Below are positions 9,901-19,700 of a DNA stretch of 51,056 nt, piece by piece; position 1 is the first letter of the stretch; each line of letters opens with the position of its first letter. Origin of the DNA: a virus (taxonomy: Duplodnaviria > Caudoviricetes); the IMG/VR virus record IMGVR_UViG_3300030095_005945, positions 1-51,056 of that record, one strand, 5' to 3'. The translations under genes and the position numbers were made by a program. The notes below the pieces were generated by a model that was not told where the DNA came from, did no database searches, and was given only the letters and a program-made list of their open reading frames with translations.

Positions 9901-11429
9901 TATTTTTTGATAGGTCAGGATCTATGTCTTTAAAAGTTATGGATTTAGTTACAGATGATTATTTAATTAATTCAACAGATCCTGTTGATCAAGATGCAAA
10001 CAATGCTAATGAAAATTATACTTTTGAAGCTTTTGGTCAAACTTTAACAGATTTTGGTTTTGGAGGATCCGATTCTATTATATCTGCTTTTACACCATCA
10101 GCACATAGTCAAAGTAAAAGTAATTTTATATATAATACTACTTATTATTATAAAGTATCATTTCTTTATGATGGATACCAAGAAAGTCCTTTAACTTCAT
10201 TTCCATGGACATTTAATGCGAATGCAGCAGATAGCGGAAATTATAATGCTGATACTGATAACTATGAACAATTAGAATTAAGTTTAAAATTATCTAATAT
10301 AGTTCCTAGAATTTCGCATTTAAATATTTATAGAACTGATGATCCTAATAAATTATATAGATTAATTAAATCTATTCCTTTAGACAGTACTTGGGTAGAG
10401 GATGAAAATCAAATTTTTCAAAAAACATATATAGATATTGGGAATAGCGGTGCTAGTTATGAAGCTATTAATAATATGCCACAAGATTTAAGAAAAACAC
10501 AGCCTAATTATACAATTTCTGAAGTATTTGAAGGGTCTTTATTTATTGGAAATTGCTATCATTCTAATATAGTTGATGGTTCTACTTATATTTTTAAATC
10601 TCAGCCTGGAAATTTTAATCAATTTAATTGGTCTCAAGATTTTTTAAAGTTACCAAATACTCCTACTGCAATGAAATCTTATTTAGGGAGACTATATGTT
10701 TGGGATGAAAGTAATATGTATGTTGTTAATTCTAATTTAATAATAGAAGATACATATGAAGGAATAGGATGTTTAAATTCTAAGGCAGTAACATCTTGTG
10801 ATGCAGGAATGTGTTTTGCTGATTCTAATAATATTTATTTACAAACACAAGGATATCCGCAAATAATATCAAATCCAATTGCTACTGCAGGAGACAGCAC
10901 AGGCTATCAAGATTTATTAAATCCATCTACATTTAATCCTAAAATTTATTATATATCAAAGATTACATCATTTATAGTTATAGTAAATAGTTCTTTTTCT
11001 TGGCTTTATAATGTTAGCTCTAGAAGATGGGATAGATGGACTACTACTAATATAGAATCTGGTATTTTAGGGAAAGATAATGAATTACTTTTATCTGAAA
11101 CTTATGGAGAATTTCATAATTTAGCATGTAATTCTGCTAGTAGAGAAAATTATACTTGGAAAAGTAAAAAATTAACTATGGGATTTGATAGTCAAGATAA
11201 ATTCTTTAAAAAGACAAGAGTAACAGGTACTAATGCTAATGTTATAGATACGACTGCTACATCTAAAGGATCACTTAGCCCTACCTATACAGATGATACT
11301 GATAATGCTGAGTATACACATCCAACAGGTGCTACTAGAAAAGGTAAATGGATACAATATACTATTACTAATGAATCAAATGAAGTTGATTCTATTGCTA
11401 CTATATATAGAGATAGGAATGTTAAATAG
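6957..11429 (+). CDS. Large tail structural protein (nozzle/stabilisation-protein-like, beta-rich)
   Basis: 1490 aa rich in N/D/S/G; C-terminal propeller-like segments (GIGCLNSKAV, WLYNVSSRRW, YTWKSKKLTMG); gene position. Confidence 0.6.
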   Translation: MPKKLHEIKGFHTGTISNPSETDVPADSNVSSLDIDNHLSAGSLKGRYGNKSYDTGGYTTNNYTNGVFTIVITAANTSHALNNLNFNISSPHNDYLFYLSSTGASPAAQPPAARSGTEDENVIQIQVDITNNDTIDQVGEKIRAKINTIGVFSASYNVSNDTITVTQGRKGIFNAPTANNSGFTFAVTTPGVLYNIDTKSSIFIKDGEEHDFFYVDNFTNRLNRISDFYNKNSNQELKKGNDISDQELSLSKTNKIITAGRGKSLNPKAFGYLNNDSLEGQKGNYFESDAELSPPDGTNPFGRFTRIIKVSNDDSGLYGYIKGQPYIWRIKFDHTSAGTLGSAFRSSKLNFKVDHMCNCVSASASDSYVWIYDGPGNDPNSLEYNSFSNKNYNDDETEDNPGSFYKLKVNAGTPIDWESSPPVLSSLKQVNIAFETNKAMDWTHDNTDSNEYYSGKARLGDMMETGNHTKGILWFLIIPVYSDENELSQWFRFTRINWIGNDASGNHNGYDEPNSIAKGIANSIPRWLYAANGMEAVDESGGVETITFNDKTPQHMGLLETRGNTNLQNNPLNLPIYQNYSGFSFNDGNKGMTEGIWAFFYNFTYKESDQTFTMTSYDAHDATHQTVYTIAKNIGMICAHNFSQYIGDNCGTANRRWTDTGAGASNIGDDVLPRIAPLEFSLVNLSADYGIDEDGGSGNAVVGCMTKYNTQPSGIWLVNRIDSQCNNSGSNSYWNGMICDTVDSNSGTYVEGSSSDEYRVDVSGKTVMYVCSYLGNEGAMHMNDTDGWTSAAAGGEPAGLGNDGDFASGAHKTSTMTSDAPDTALRQARLFNNDDFNTISPSDFHGVSMIRKVGTDSQANTDNASSKESTFFVLYKKHQIYGPENFEYFTKLLALDARVCSNNKGTAASGDVDANIFEGIATFNQSSYSISFDGDGDLDGLGTISAHNPRMQDPTFVVEEFNAGGTGNAIGLHSKTVDTRLVFFDRSGSMSLKVMDLVTDDYLINSTDPVDQDANNANENYTFEAFGQTLTDFGFGGSDSIISAFTPSAHSQSKSNFIYNTTYYYKVSFLYDGYQESPLTSFPWTFNANAADSGNYNADTDNYEQLELSLKLSNIVPRISHLNIYRTDDPNKLYRLIKSIPLDSTWVEDENQIFQKTYIDIGNSGASYEAINNMPQDLRKTQPNYTISEVFEGSLFIGNCYHSNIVDGSTYIFKSQPGNFNQFNWSQDFLKLPNTPTAMKSYLGRLYVWDESNMYVVNSNLIIEDTYEGIGCLNSKAVTSCDAGMCFADSNNIYLQTQGYPQIISNPIATAGDSTGYQDLLNPSTFNPKIYYISKITSFIVIVNSSFSWLYNVSSRRWDRWTTTNIESGILGKDNELLLSETYGEFHNLACNSASRENYTWKSKKLTMGFDSQDKFFKKTRVTGTNANVIDTTATSKGSLSPTYTDDTDNAEYTHPTGATRKGKWIQYTITNESNEVDSIATIYRDRNVK

Positions 11430-13849
11430 TGTCAATATCAACAAAAAGAACTCCTAATGTAGGAGATTTAAACCGTGCAGTAAAAAAGATTTATGACGAT
11501 ATAAATGATATTATTAATTCAGTAAATAAAGAAGTAAGTTTATCTACCTCTATTGGTGGAAAAGCTGGAGACATTAGAGTAGTAAAAGATTCCTCTTCTA
11601 AAATAAGCACAACAAAGCACAAATTAGAGTTTAGATCTGATGAAGGATGGGATAAGGTTATAACTATGCCAAGAAATCCTGATAAATATGCTGGAATAGT
11701 TTATAATCCAGAGTCAGAAACTTTTGAATGGACTAATATGGATGAAGTCCAAGAAACTACTATGTCTAGCCCTGGTAAATCAGTTCTATTTACAACTGCT
11801 ACTGTTAATAAAGTAACAGCTATTGGATTAAAAAATGTACCAAGCGCTGCAGGAGAAGACGGACAAGGAGTGATATGCGCTGGAAGTACTGATGCCGATC
11901 CTAAAGGTGATACACATAGATTAAAAGCAATGTCTATAGATAGCACTACAGATGTAAAAATAGAACTTGATAGTGATTCTTATGCTCCTAAATTAACTAT
12001 AAATTCTGAAGTAATTGATGTTGCAAATATTGCAACTAGTGCTTTAATAAAAAATGACGAATCTTTTGATAATGTTGATACAAAGCTAATGACTGCAGCA
12101 GCTGTTAAAGATAAAATAGATGCTTCATTGCCAACGGGTAATGCTATTATAGATTGGACTGCTGATCAAGGAGGTACTAACATCCATGCTGGAAATTATA
12201 CTAATACAGAATATAGTATAATGGCATCTGGAAATAGTTATGCTGCTGGACTTGTTGCTGCTGGATCTGGGACTCACAACTCTGAATTTTTAAGAAAAGA
12301 TGGTACATGGGCTGCAATACCTTCTGCTAGCTTTCCAACTGGAGATAGTGGTAACGCTGCTATATATGATAATAGTGGAACGCCTACTTTAAAATCTAGT
12401 ATAACTCAAGGAGAGATGCAAACAGCTATAGGTGGTGTTTATACTGATACTAATACTCAAAATACTACTACGCTATCATTTGTAGATAGTAGTGATGATA
12501 CTATATTGAGAAACACAACAGGCGGTGCTGGTAGCGGTACAGATGACATTAAATTTGTAGCAGGTTCGAATATAACATTAACAAATGCTGATGCTGATAA
12601 TATGACAATAACTGCTGCGAATGACAATACTCAACTTGACAATGCAGGAGTTATAAGTAAAGTATTGACAGGTTTAAATGTTAGCGGTGGAGGTGCTGTT
12701 GCAGCAACAGATACTATATTAGCAGCATTTGGTAGATTGGAAAATAGAGTTGCTTTAAATGATGCAAAAGTAACTAATACAGATGTTAATGTAAGTATAG
12801 GTAATTTAGAAGGAAAACTAGGTGAAATTGATACAAGTATAACTATAGGTAATTCTACTAGTGTAAGTACGACTATATCAGGCGATTTACTTGGCAATGG
12901 AGAACTATTAACCTTTACAAGCGCAACTAGTTTAAAGCCAGAGTTAATCTTAGAAAATACTACTAATAATAATAGAGCTTCTATTATAAATTTTCGCAAA
13001 GATCCAGGAGATGGGAATGCTGCAAGCCAAGCAAGCACAGGAATAATAAGATTTAAAGGCATAGATGCTGGAAATGCTGATACAAATTATTCAGTAATAG
13101 ATACTGGGATTGTATCTACTACCGCTGGTGACGAAGCTGGATATATATCTTTAAAAGCTATGACAAATTCATTTGAACAACTTGCTTTTAAGGGGACAGG
13201 TGTTGCAGATACTACTCAAGTAGATGTAGCCATAGCTCATGGAACGGATTCAAATACTATTATAGCTGGACATCTTACAGTAACTTCTGGTGTAAAATTT
13301 AAAGAATCTAGTGCGCCTACAGCAGCTACTGGATATAGCCATATATACTCTTTGAATGATAATAATCTTTACTATCAAGGTGAAGACGGAGTAGCTAGTT
13401 GCTTAAATGAGCAAAAATTTCACCTAATATCTAGCTTTTATCATGGTGGAAACAATGGAGAATGGGTTCCTTTTGGTGGTTCGCAAAACGAATACTCAAC
13501 TCTTACTGGCACATCTACAGATGTATATGGTGATGATATATTCTTTATAGTGCCATACAATTTAAAGATAAATACAGTCTATTTAAATGCTACTAGATCA
13601 AGTAGCTTTGGGGAGATTGCTGGTAATACTACGGTAAGATTATATAAGAATGAATCAGCTCTTTCTAATGCTGTTTCAGTTAATGTTGATACAGTAGGTT
13701 ATGACACTAATGATTTAAGTAATGTATTTACTTGGGACTTTAGCGCTGAAACTAATACATATTCAGCAGGAGATATGATGCAAATACATGTTGATCCTAC
13801 AAACAAATTATATTATGTAACAATAACAATAGCTGGAGTGTATATTTAA
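11429..13849 (+). CDS. Tail fibre/spike-like structural protein
   Basis: 806 aa rich in T/S/G/N/D; GTG start overlapping the previous stop. Confidence 0.55.
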   Translation: MSISTKRTPNVGDLNRAVKKIYDDINDIINSVNKEVSLSTSIGGKAGDIRVVKDSSSKISTTKHKLEFRSDEGWDKVITMPRNPDKYAGIVYNPESETFEWTNMDEVQETTMSSPGKSVLFTTATVNKVTAIGLKNVPSAAGEDGQGVICAGSTDADPKGDTHRLKAMSIDSTTDVKIELDSDSYAPKLTINSEVIDVANIATSALIKNDESFDNVDTKLMTAAAVKDKIDASLPTGNAIIDWTADQGGTNIHAGNYTNTEYSIMASGNSYAAGLVAAGSGTHNSEFLRKDGTWAAIPSASFPTGDSGNAAIYDNSGTPTLKSSITQGEMQTAIGGVYTDTNTQNTTTLSFVDSSDDTILRNTTGGAGSGTDDIKFVAGSNITLTNADADNMTITAANDNTQLDNAGVISKVLTGLNVSGGGAVAATDTILAAFGRLENRVALNDAKVTNTDVNVSIGNLEGKLGEIDTSITIGNSTSVSTTISGDLLGNGELLTFTSATSLKPELILENTTNNNRASIINFRKDPGDGNAASQASTGIIRFKGIDAGNADTNYSVIDTGIVSTTAGDEAGYISLKAMTNSFEQLAFKGTGVADTTQVDVAIAHGTDSNTIIAGHLTVTSGVKFKESSAPTAATGYSHIYSLNDNNLYYQGEDGVASCLNEQKFHLISSFYHGGNNGEWVPFGGSQNEYSTLTGTSTDVYGDDIFFIVPYNLKINTVYLNATRSSSFGEIAGNTTVRLYKNESALSNAVSVNVDTVGYDTNDLSNVFTWDFSAETNTYSAGDMMQIHVDPTNKLYYVTITIAGVYI

Positions 13850-13999
13850 ATGACAGATGACAGATCATTCGCTATAGAAACTCCTATCGGGAGTGTAAAA
13901 AGCGACTCAGGCAATCATTTTACAGATGTATTTTCTGTTTTATTTATAGTTTTATTTATGTTTCTTTTTAAAGAATATGTTAAGAGGCATTTTAAGTGA
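13850..13999 (+). CDS. 49-aa single-TM protein
   Basis: MTDDRSFAIETPIGSVKSDSGNHFTDVFSVLFIVLFMFLFKEYVKRHFK. Confidence 0.6.
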   Translation: MTDDRSFAIETPIGSVKSDSGNHFTDVFSVLFIVLFMFLFKEYVKRHFK

Positions 14000-14148
14000 T
14001 AACTAGAGCTAAGTGTATGGTTTGTAGAGAGGCTGTATGGGTAATGAATTGCTATTATCAATGCAAAAATTGTGGATTCGAAGCACATTGAGAAGAATCT
14101 GATGATAGTCAGTTAGATTATTTAAAAAATCCTATTGTAGATAAATAA
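13996..14148 (+). CDS. Cys-rich micro-protein with in-frame TGA (candidate selenoprotein)
   Basis: AAGAGG RBS plus GTG; MITRAKCMVCREAVWVMNCYYQCKNCGFEAH-[TGA 14089]-EESDDSQLDYLKNPIVDK-TAA. Confidence 0.5.
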
Positions 14149-14164
14149 AAAGTTTTAGTAAGTT
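14135..14164 (+). promoter_or_regulatory. Putative host-sigma promoter for the ejection-protein/RNAP unit
   Basis: TTGTAG-N18-TAAGTT; same architecture at four other unit starts. Confidence 0.6.
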
Positions 14165-14195
14165 CTGAGGTGAACTATGAAAGAAAAGAGGTTTT

Positions 14196-14876
14196 ATGAG
14201 TAGGCTTTCAAAATGGGTAGATAAAAATGTATTAGGTATTAGAAACGCTAATGACGTAGCAGATACTACTAGAAATATGATGCTTAATAATCCTATGCTA
14301 CAAACATTTGAAGATAGATCTAATGAAATGTATGATATGGATTCTGATTATTACCAGAAAGGACGAAGTTTCTTTTCTGATATGTATGGTAATCAAGGAT
14401 TAGATCAATTAGCTACTCAAAACAATGCTATGAATAGATTAAATGCTAGAGGTGGAGTATCGCCTGGCATTGGATTTGCACAATCACAACAAGCTTTAAA
14501 TTCTATTAATCAAAATGTTGCAAATCAAACAGGTAGAAGTATGATGGATATGTGGAAACAAGGACAACAATTAGCTCAAGGTTATGGTAATCAAGCATCT
14601 GGTATTTATAATAATGCAAATCAAATATCTACTCAACAATATTTAGCACAAGATGCTGCTAATAGGCAAGCTAAAGCACAATTTACACAAGGTATGGTAG
14701 GAATGGGAGCAAATGTACTTTCAAAAGGTATTGGTGGATTAATAGGTATGAGTGGATTAAAAAATGCTGCAAATCCATTCTTAGAAGCAAATGCAGATGG
14801 TAGTATGCAAACAGGTGGATTTACACCTTGGCAAGCCTTTAGATATGGATATATGCCAGAAGGAGCAATGGAATAA
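14196..14876 (+). CDS. Putative internal virion (ejection) protein
   Basis: Q/N/G/M-rich helical composition with a Gly-rich hydrophobic C-terminal segment; upstream of the giant protein. Confidence 0.55.
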   Translation: MSRLSKWVDKNVLGIRNANDVADTTRNMMLNNPMLQTFEDRSNEMYDMDSDYYQKGRSFFSDMYGNQGLDQLATQNNAMNRLNARGGVSPGIGFAQSQQALNSINQNVANQTGRSMMDMWKQGQQLAQGYGNQASGIYNNANQISTQQYLAQDAANRQAKAQFTQGMVGMGANVLSKGIGGLIGMSGLKNAANPFLEANADGSMQTGGFTPWQAFRYGYMPEGAME

Positions 14877-15739
14877 TGAGTCAATTAGCAACAGGACCAG
14901 GAGCTTTATTCGGATATTTAAATAATGCATTTAGTAGAGCTAATAATGCTACTCAAAGGATGTTTGATCATAGAGATACTTTAGAAGATCAAAGAATGAG
15001 AGGTATTGCTAGTGGTCTTAATTTTAATACAGGAACTTTAAATCCTATAGAACAAGCAATTGAAAATGCTGGTAATATGCAACCTGCTCCATATGAATCA
15101 GATTCAAGTAATATGCAAAATGCTTATGACAATTGGGTGTCTCAAAATCAAAATTTTGTAACTCCTAATAATAGTCCTGTTAATCTTAATAATACTGCAA
15201 GTTTGCCTCAAGATAAATTAAGTCAAGCTGGCTCAGCATATGCTTATGGTCGTAGTGGTAGACAAGATGATAATCCGTATAATAGTCCTAATATTACCGT
15301 AGAACAAGGATTAGCAAATAGTTTAGCATCACAAACTCCTACAGAAGCTCCTGTTACTCAATATAAATATGAAGGTGGAGATATACCTTTAAACCCAACA
15401 GAATATAGAGAAAGAATAGCTCAATCATATTCTAGCCAGCACGGTATACCAATAAATTTAGCCAGGCAAAGAGTAGATCAGTCTGGTATTTTTGATAAAT
15501 CAAGATTTATGGATGCAATAGAAAGACCTCAAATGGAATTGACAGATCAGATAGGTACTATATTGCAAAATCAGAAATTTCAACAACCTGATGATTATAG
15601 GAATTTTATGATGCAATCTGGATTACTTCCTATAGCTTTAAGAACGGGTCCTTATGGTGAACAATTATTGCCTAATTACCCTAATGCTAGTTTTGATTTG
15701 GGTGAAGATGATTATTTTAATACAATTTACGGAGATTAA
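14876..15739 (+). CDS. Putative internal virion protein
   Basis: Q/N/P-rich; translationally coupled. Confidence 0.5.
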   Translation: MSQLATGPGALFGYLNNAFSRANNATQRMFDHRDTLEDQRMRGIASGLNFNTGTLNPIEQAIENAGNMQPAPYESDSSNMQNAYDNWVSQNQNFVTPNNSPVNLNNTASLPQDKLSQAGSAYAYGRSGRQDDNPYNSPNITVEQGLANSLASQTPTEAPVTQYKYEGGDIPLNPTEYRERIAQSYSSQHGIPINLARQRVDQSGIFDKSRFMDAIERPQMELTDQIGTILQNQKFQQPDDYRNFMMQSGLLPIALRTGPYGEQLLPNYPNASFDLGEDDYFNTIYGD

Positions 15740-15741
15740 AC

Positions 15742-16764
15742 ATGGCTTATGAAACAATAGCAAACGTACCAATGATGGCTTCTTCGCCTGAAGAAAGATT
15801 ATTATATAAACAATTAGAAGCTAATGCTAAGAAGAAAGCTAAATTAGCAGCAATGCTTGGAGATTATAGAAAAAATCCAGGCAAATATAGCGCTGATCAA
15901 AGAATGTTTATGGAGCAACAAGCTATGGAAGCTGGACTACCTATGCCTGATACAAAAAGCAATGTATTGAAAACAGTAGGTAAAGGTCTTGCATCTGCTG
16001 CTGATAGTGCTTTGTTTGGAATGCTTCCTAATGAATTATATACTCCATTAAATCAAGCAGAAAGAATGGCTACTGGTGTTGGTGGATTAGCTGGCATGGC
16101 TTTACCATTTGGATTACCTATGAAAGCAGCGAGAGGTGCAATGGCAGCATATCGTGGGAGTAAAGCAGCAGACAAAGTAGGTGGAATGATGGGTACTGGT
16201 TTAGGTGGTAGATTTGCTCAAGGATTTGGATGGCCTTTTGCTGGAGGAACTCCTGGAGTAGCTACATCAGCTTCACAAAAAGTAGCTCAACAAGCTGCAA
16301 AAGTAGGGAGAAAGTCTAAAGGAAAATTTGTAAGTCCAGAAAAAATAGGACAAAGATTTGAACAAAGAATGCAAGAGCCTCAAAATCAAGCTGATTTAAG
16401 AAGCTTTTTTGCTAAAAATGCTAATAATATAGGTCCTAAAGGTAAATATAAAGATTATAATGCAGCAGCTGCCGCTTGGATGAGAGGAAAATTTGGTAAA
16501 AAAGGTGGAAATCCTAATATATGGGCAGGATTGAAGAATTATTTTGGAGGAGCAAATACTCCTTATGGAGATCAATTTTGGGTAAACTTTATAAATAGAG
16601 GGTCTGGTGGAGCTGGTCAAGCAGTTCAAGCAGCAGGTCCAGTTTTAAGAGGAATACCATATAGAGCTGGGAATCCACTTTTTGATGCAGCAAGATTTCC
16701 TCAAAGTCGTAATCAAAGAAATCAAGTAGGTGGATTGCTAGGGCAAGCACAGCTATCAATGTAA
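15742..16764 (+). CDS. Putative internal virion protein
   Basis: G/A/M-rich amphipathic segments (GVGGLAGMALPFG). Confidence 0.5.
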   Translation: MAYETIANVPMMASSPEERLLYKQLEANAKKKAKLAAMLGDYRKNPGKYSADQRMFMEQQAMEAGLPMPDTKSNVLKTVGKGLASAADSALFGMLPNELYTPLNQAERMATGVGGLAGMALPFGLPMKAARGAMAAYRGSKAADKVGGMMGTGLGGRFAQGFGWPFAGGTPGVATSASQKVAQQAAKVGRKSKGKFVSPEKIGQRFEQRMQEPQNQADLRSFFAKNANNIGPKGKYKDYNAAAAAWMRGKFGKKGGNPNIWAGLKNYFGGANTPYGDQFWVNFINRGSGGAGQAVQAAGPVLRGIPYRAGNPLFDAARFPQSRNQRNQVGGLLGQAQLSM

Positions 16765-16767
16765 TGA

Positions 16768-19700
16768 ATGGAAGATTATCAAAACCCAACTGAAGATTAC
16801 TCTTTTAAGCCTGTATACACAGCAGATTTAACTAATCGTTTAGTTACTAATTATAGAAAAAATCCTAATAAATTCAATGAAAAACTTGTTTCTCAATTAG
16901 AGGAGCATGCTAATCATTATAATATTGGATTTAATCGTGATACTACGTCTGATGATTTTAATGCAATAGATACTATAAAACAAGTTGGAACTGGATTTAT
17001 GTCTGGTTTTACTACACTTAATTATGGTGAACCCCCTAAAAATCCTTATGAAAATATAGCTCATAGTTTAGGTCATTTAGCAGGATTTGTTGGATGGGTG
17101 CCTGGAGCTCATGCTAAAAGTAGTTTTGCAGCATTAAGAGCTTTATCTGTTTTAAAAGGTAAATCAATTCCACTAGTTGCAGCTAATGCTGTTCAAAAAC
17201 CTGTTTCTAATTTTGCTGCAGAAATGGTTCAAAAAGGTTTTGGAAAAAGAAGCGAAGCTGTATCTGGAGTAGCCAAGTTATTATACAACGATACAGCAAG
17301 AGATGCTGTTGAAGGAGCATTTCATTTGGGTACTGCATCTGCAGTATCATCCTGGACACATGGTGTTGATGCTATGATAGATTCTGCTATACATGGAGGT
17401 GTTGCAGGTGGTGCATTTAGAGGTATAGGAAACTTATTAAAATCTCCTTTACCAAAAGACAATGCAGTAGCAGAAAATGTACTTGGATCTGTTGCTGGTG
17501 CCTTATTTACAGGTCTTCCTGCCACAATGAGGGGAGCTACAGCTCCTGAGCAAGTATACGAATATTTATTAGGTGCATATTTTGGATTTAATGAATCACC
17601 TTCATCAAGAAGAGTAGCACAAAAATATAGATACGAAGAGCTTCAAAAACAACCTACTGCTCAAAAAATGCAAGAAAAGCTTGAAAAAGACTTGCTTAAA
17701 AAAGATTGGTCTCCAGAAACTCAAAAAGTTGTTAGAGAGTTTTCTGAACAAACTATACAAAGCGAACAAGTTATGGAGATAATGAGAAAGCTTGGAAGGG
17801 ACAATCCAGCTCTAAATCAGGCCTTAGAAGCTCGTTTTGTTGCTCAGGAAGGGAAACCTCCTACTCAAGAGCAAATAGAGCGTATAAAGGATAATATATT
17901 CAAAACAGAAACACCTGTTGAGCCTACTGAATTAGCAGATACTCCAAGAATTGAAACTGTAAAAAGATATAACAAAAGTATGCTAAGAGCTAATACTGAT
18001 AAAGTTTATTTATTTGGAGATAATTTAGAAGGTAGAGGAAAGGGTGGTCAAGCTGTAATTAGAGATGAGCCTAATTCATTTGGCATACCTACTAAAAAAT
18101 CGCCTAGAAGAGATTCTGATGCATATTTTATGGATGCAGAATTTGAAGCTAATAAAGTAGCAATAGATAATGCTATAAATGCAATTCCTAAAAATAAAAT
18201 AATAGTTTTTCCAGAAGATGGACTAGGAACTGGGTTAGCAAAGCTTCCTGAAAAAGCTCCTAGAACTTGGGAATATTTACAACAAAGGCTTGAAGGTTTA
18301 AAGAAAGAAGTTCAGTCTGAGAATATGATAAAAGAGATTGAAGTAAAAAATACAGAACAATCTCAAAAAGTTGAACAAGAAAAATTAGAAAGAGAAGATA
18401 CAGGAGTAGTTGTAGATGCTCCATTAAATATAAAAGATTGGGCATCTGATAATATAGTTAAAAGCTGGTTAAAAGAAGATGGAACTACTGATGTATTTAA
18501 AAAGAAAGCTAATATTGAAGACTTAAATTTAAAGCTTAGAGAAAAGATTAAAAATAGAGATATGGACATAGATGAGTTAACTAACTGGATGAAAGTTAGG
18601 TATAACTATGACATTACAAGTCCAGAAGCTACAGAAAGAAACTTTTTTAGAACATTTTTAAAGAGAAAGATTGCTGAACAAAATGTTAGAATAGTATCTC
18701 CTGAGCTTGAAATAGAGTATAAATTCACTCCAAAGAAAAGAAAAGGTAAAGTAGTAAAAGATGAAAGTGGAAATGTAGAGTTTTATAGAAACTTTCAAGA
18801 TATAAAAGATATTAATTTTACTGAGCTTACTCCTGATAACCCTCAAAATATAGCAGGCAATAGAAAGTCTATTAAAATGCCTGTATTTAATATTGAGAAT
18901 ATATATAATTCTATAAAAGGTGGTAATCTGAATCTATCAGATCCAAACCAAAGACCTCTTAGAGTAGTTGATGAAGTTATTATTAAATCTAAATCAGGAT
19001 TTCCAAAAGAAACTAATATGTTAGGCTTTAAAGATCAAGTAGAAAGACAAGTATACAATGACAATTTAAAGTTAAAAGGTCATGTTGCTGCTGAAAGTAT
19101 GGCAAAAAGAGTGTCTGAAGAAGCTTATAATAAATTTATAGGCAATATGTATGAAGGTATGCGAAAGAAGGGTTATTACTACTTTAGTGGAAGAGGTGAC
19201 GCTGATAAAATGATGTTTATGAAATATCATCCTGAAATAGAAGCTAAGAAACCTTATGAAATAAAGCAAATATTAAATGATATTATAAGAGAAAATAATT
19301 ATGATAAAAATCTAATCAATAAAGATAAATCTGATTTTGTTAAAAAGTTTAAAGATTTAAAAATAGCAGATGATGTTTATAACAGAGGATTTGTATCTAA
19401 TTTATATTACAATATGAGTATGAATGGGATTACTCCTGTAAAAGGGAATTATAATTTTGTAAATACCAAAGGATTCATTACTAATCCAATAGCGTTTAAT
19501 AAAAGAGCTCAAATATGGTTTACATCTGGTTATGAAATGGAACCTGCTTTTTTACAAAGAGAAATAAAAGACATGAAAGATGGTCAATTTAGAATGACTT
19601 TAACAAAATCTGTTGATGATTTGCCAGGCGAATTGAGAAAATTACCTTGGGAAAAGATGAAAAATACGGATACTGTAGAGCATGTTGATGGTGGAACTCC

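Noticed and set aside
14089-14091. Genome-wide TGA reassignment
   Set aside because: Long genes are intact under code 11, and TGA terminates many genes with ATGA overlaps
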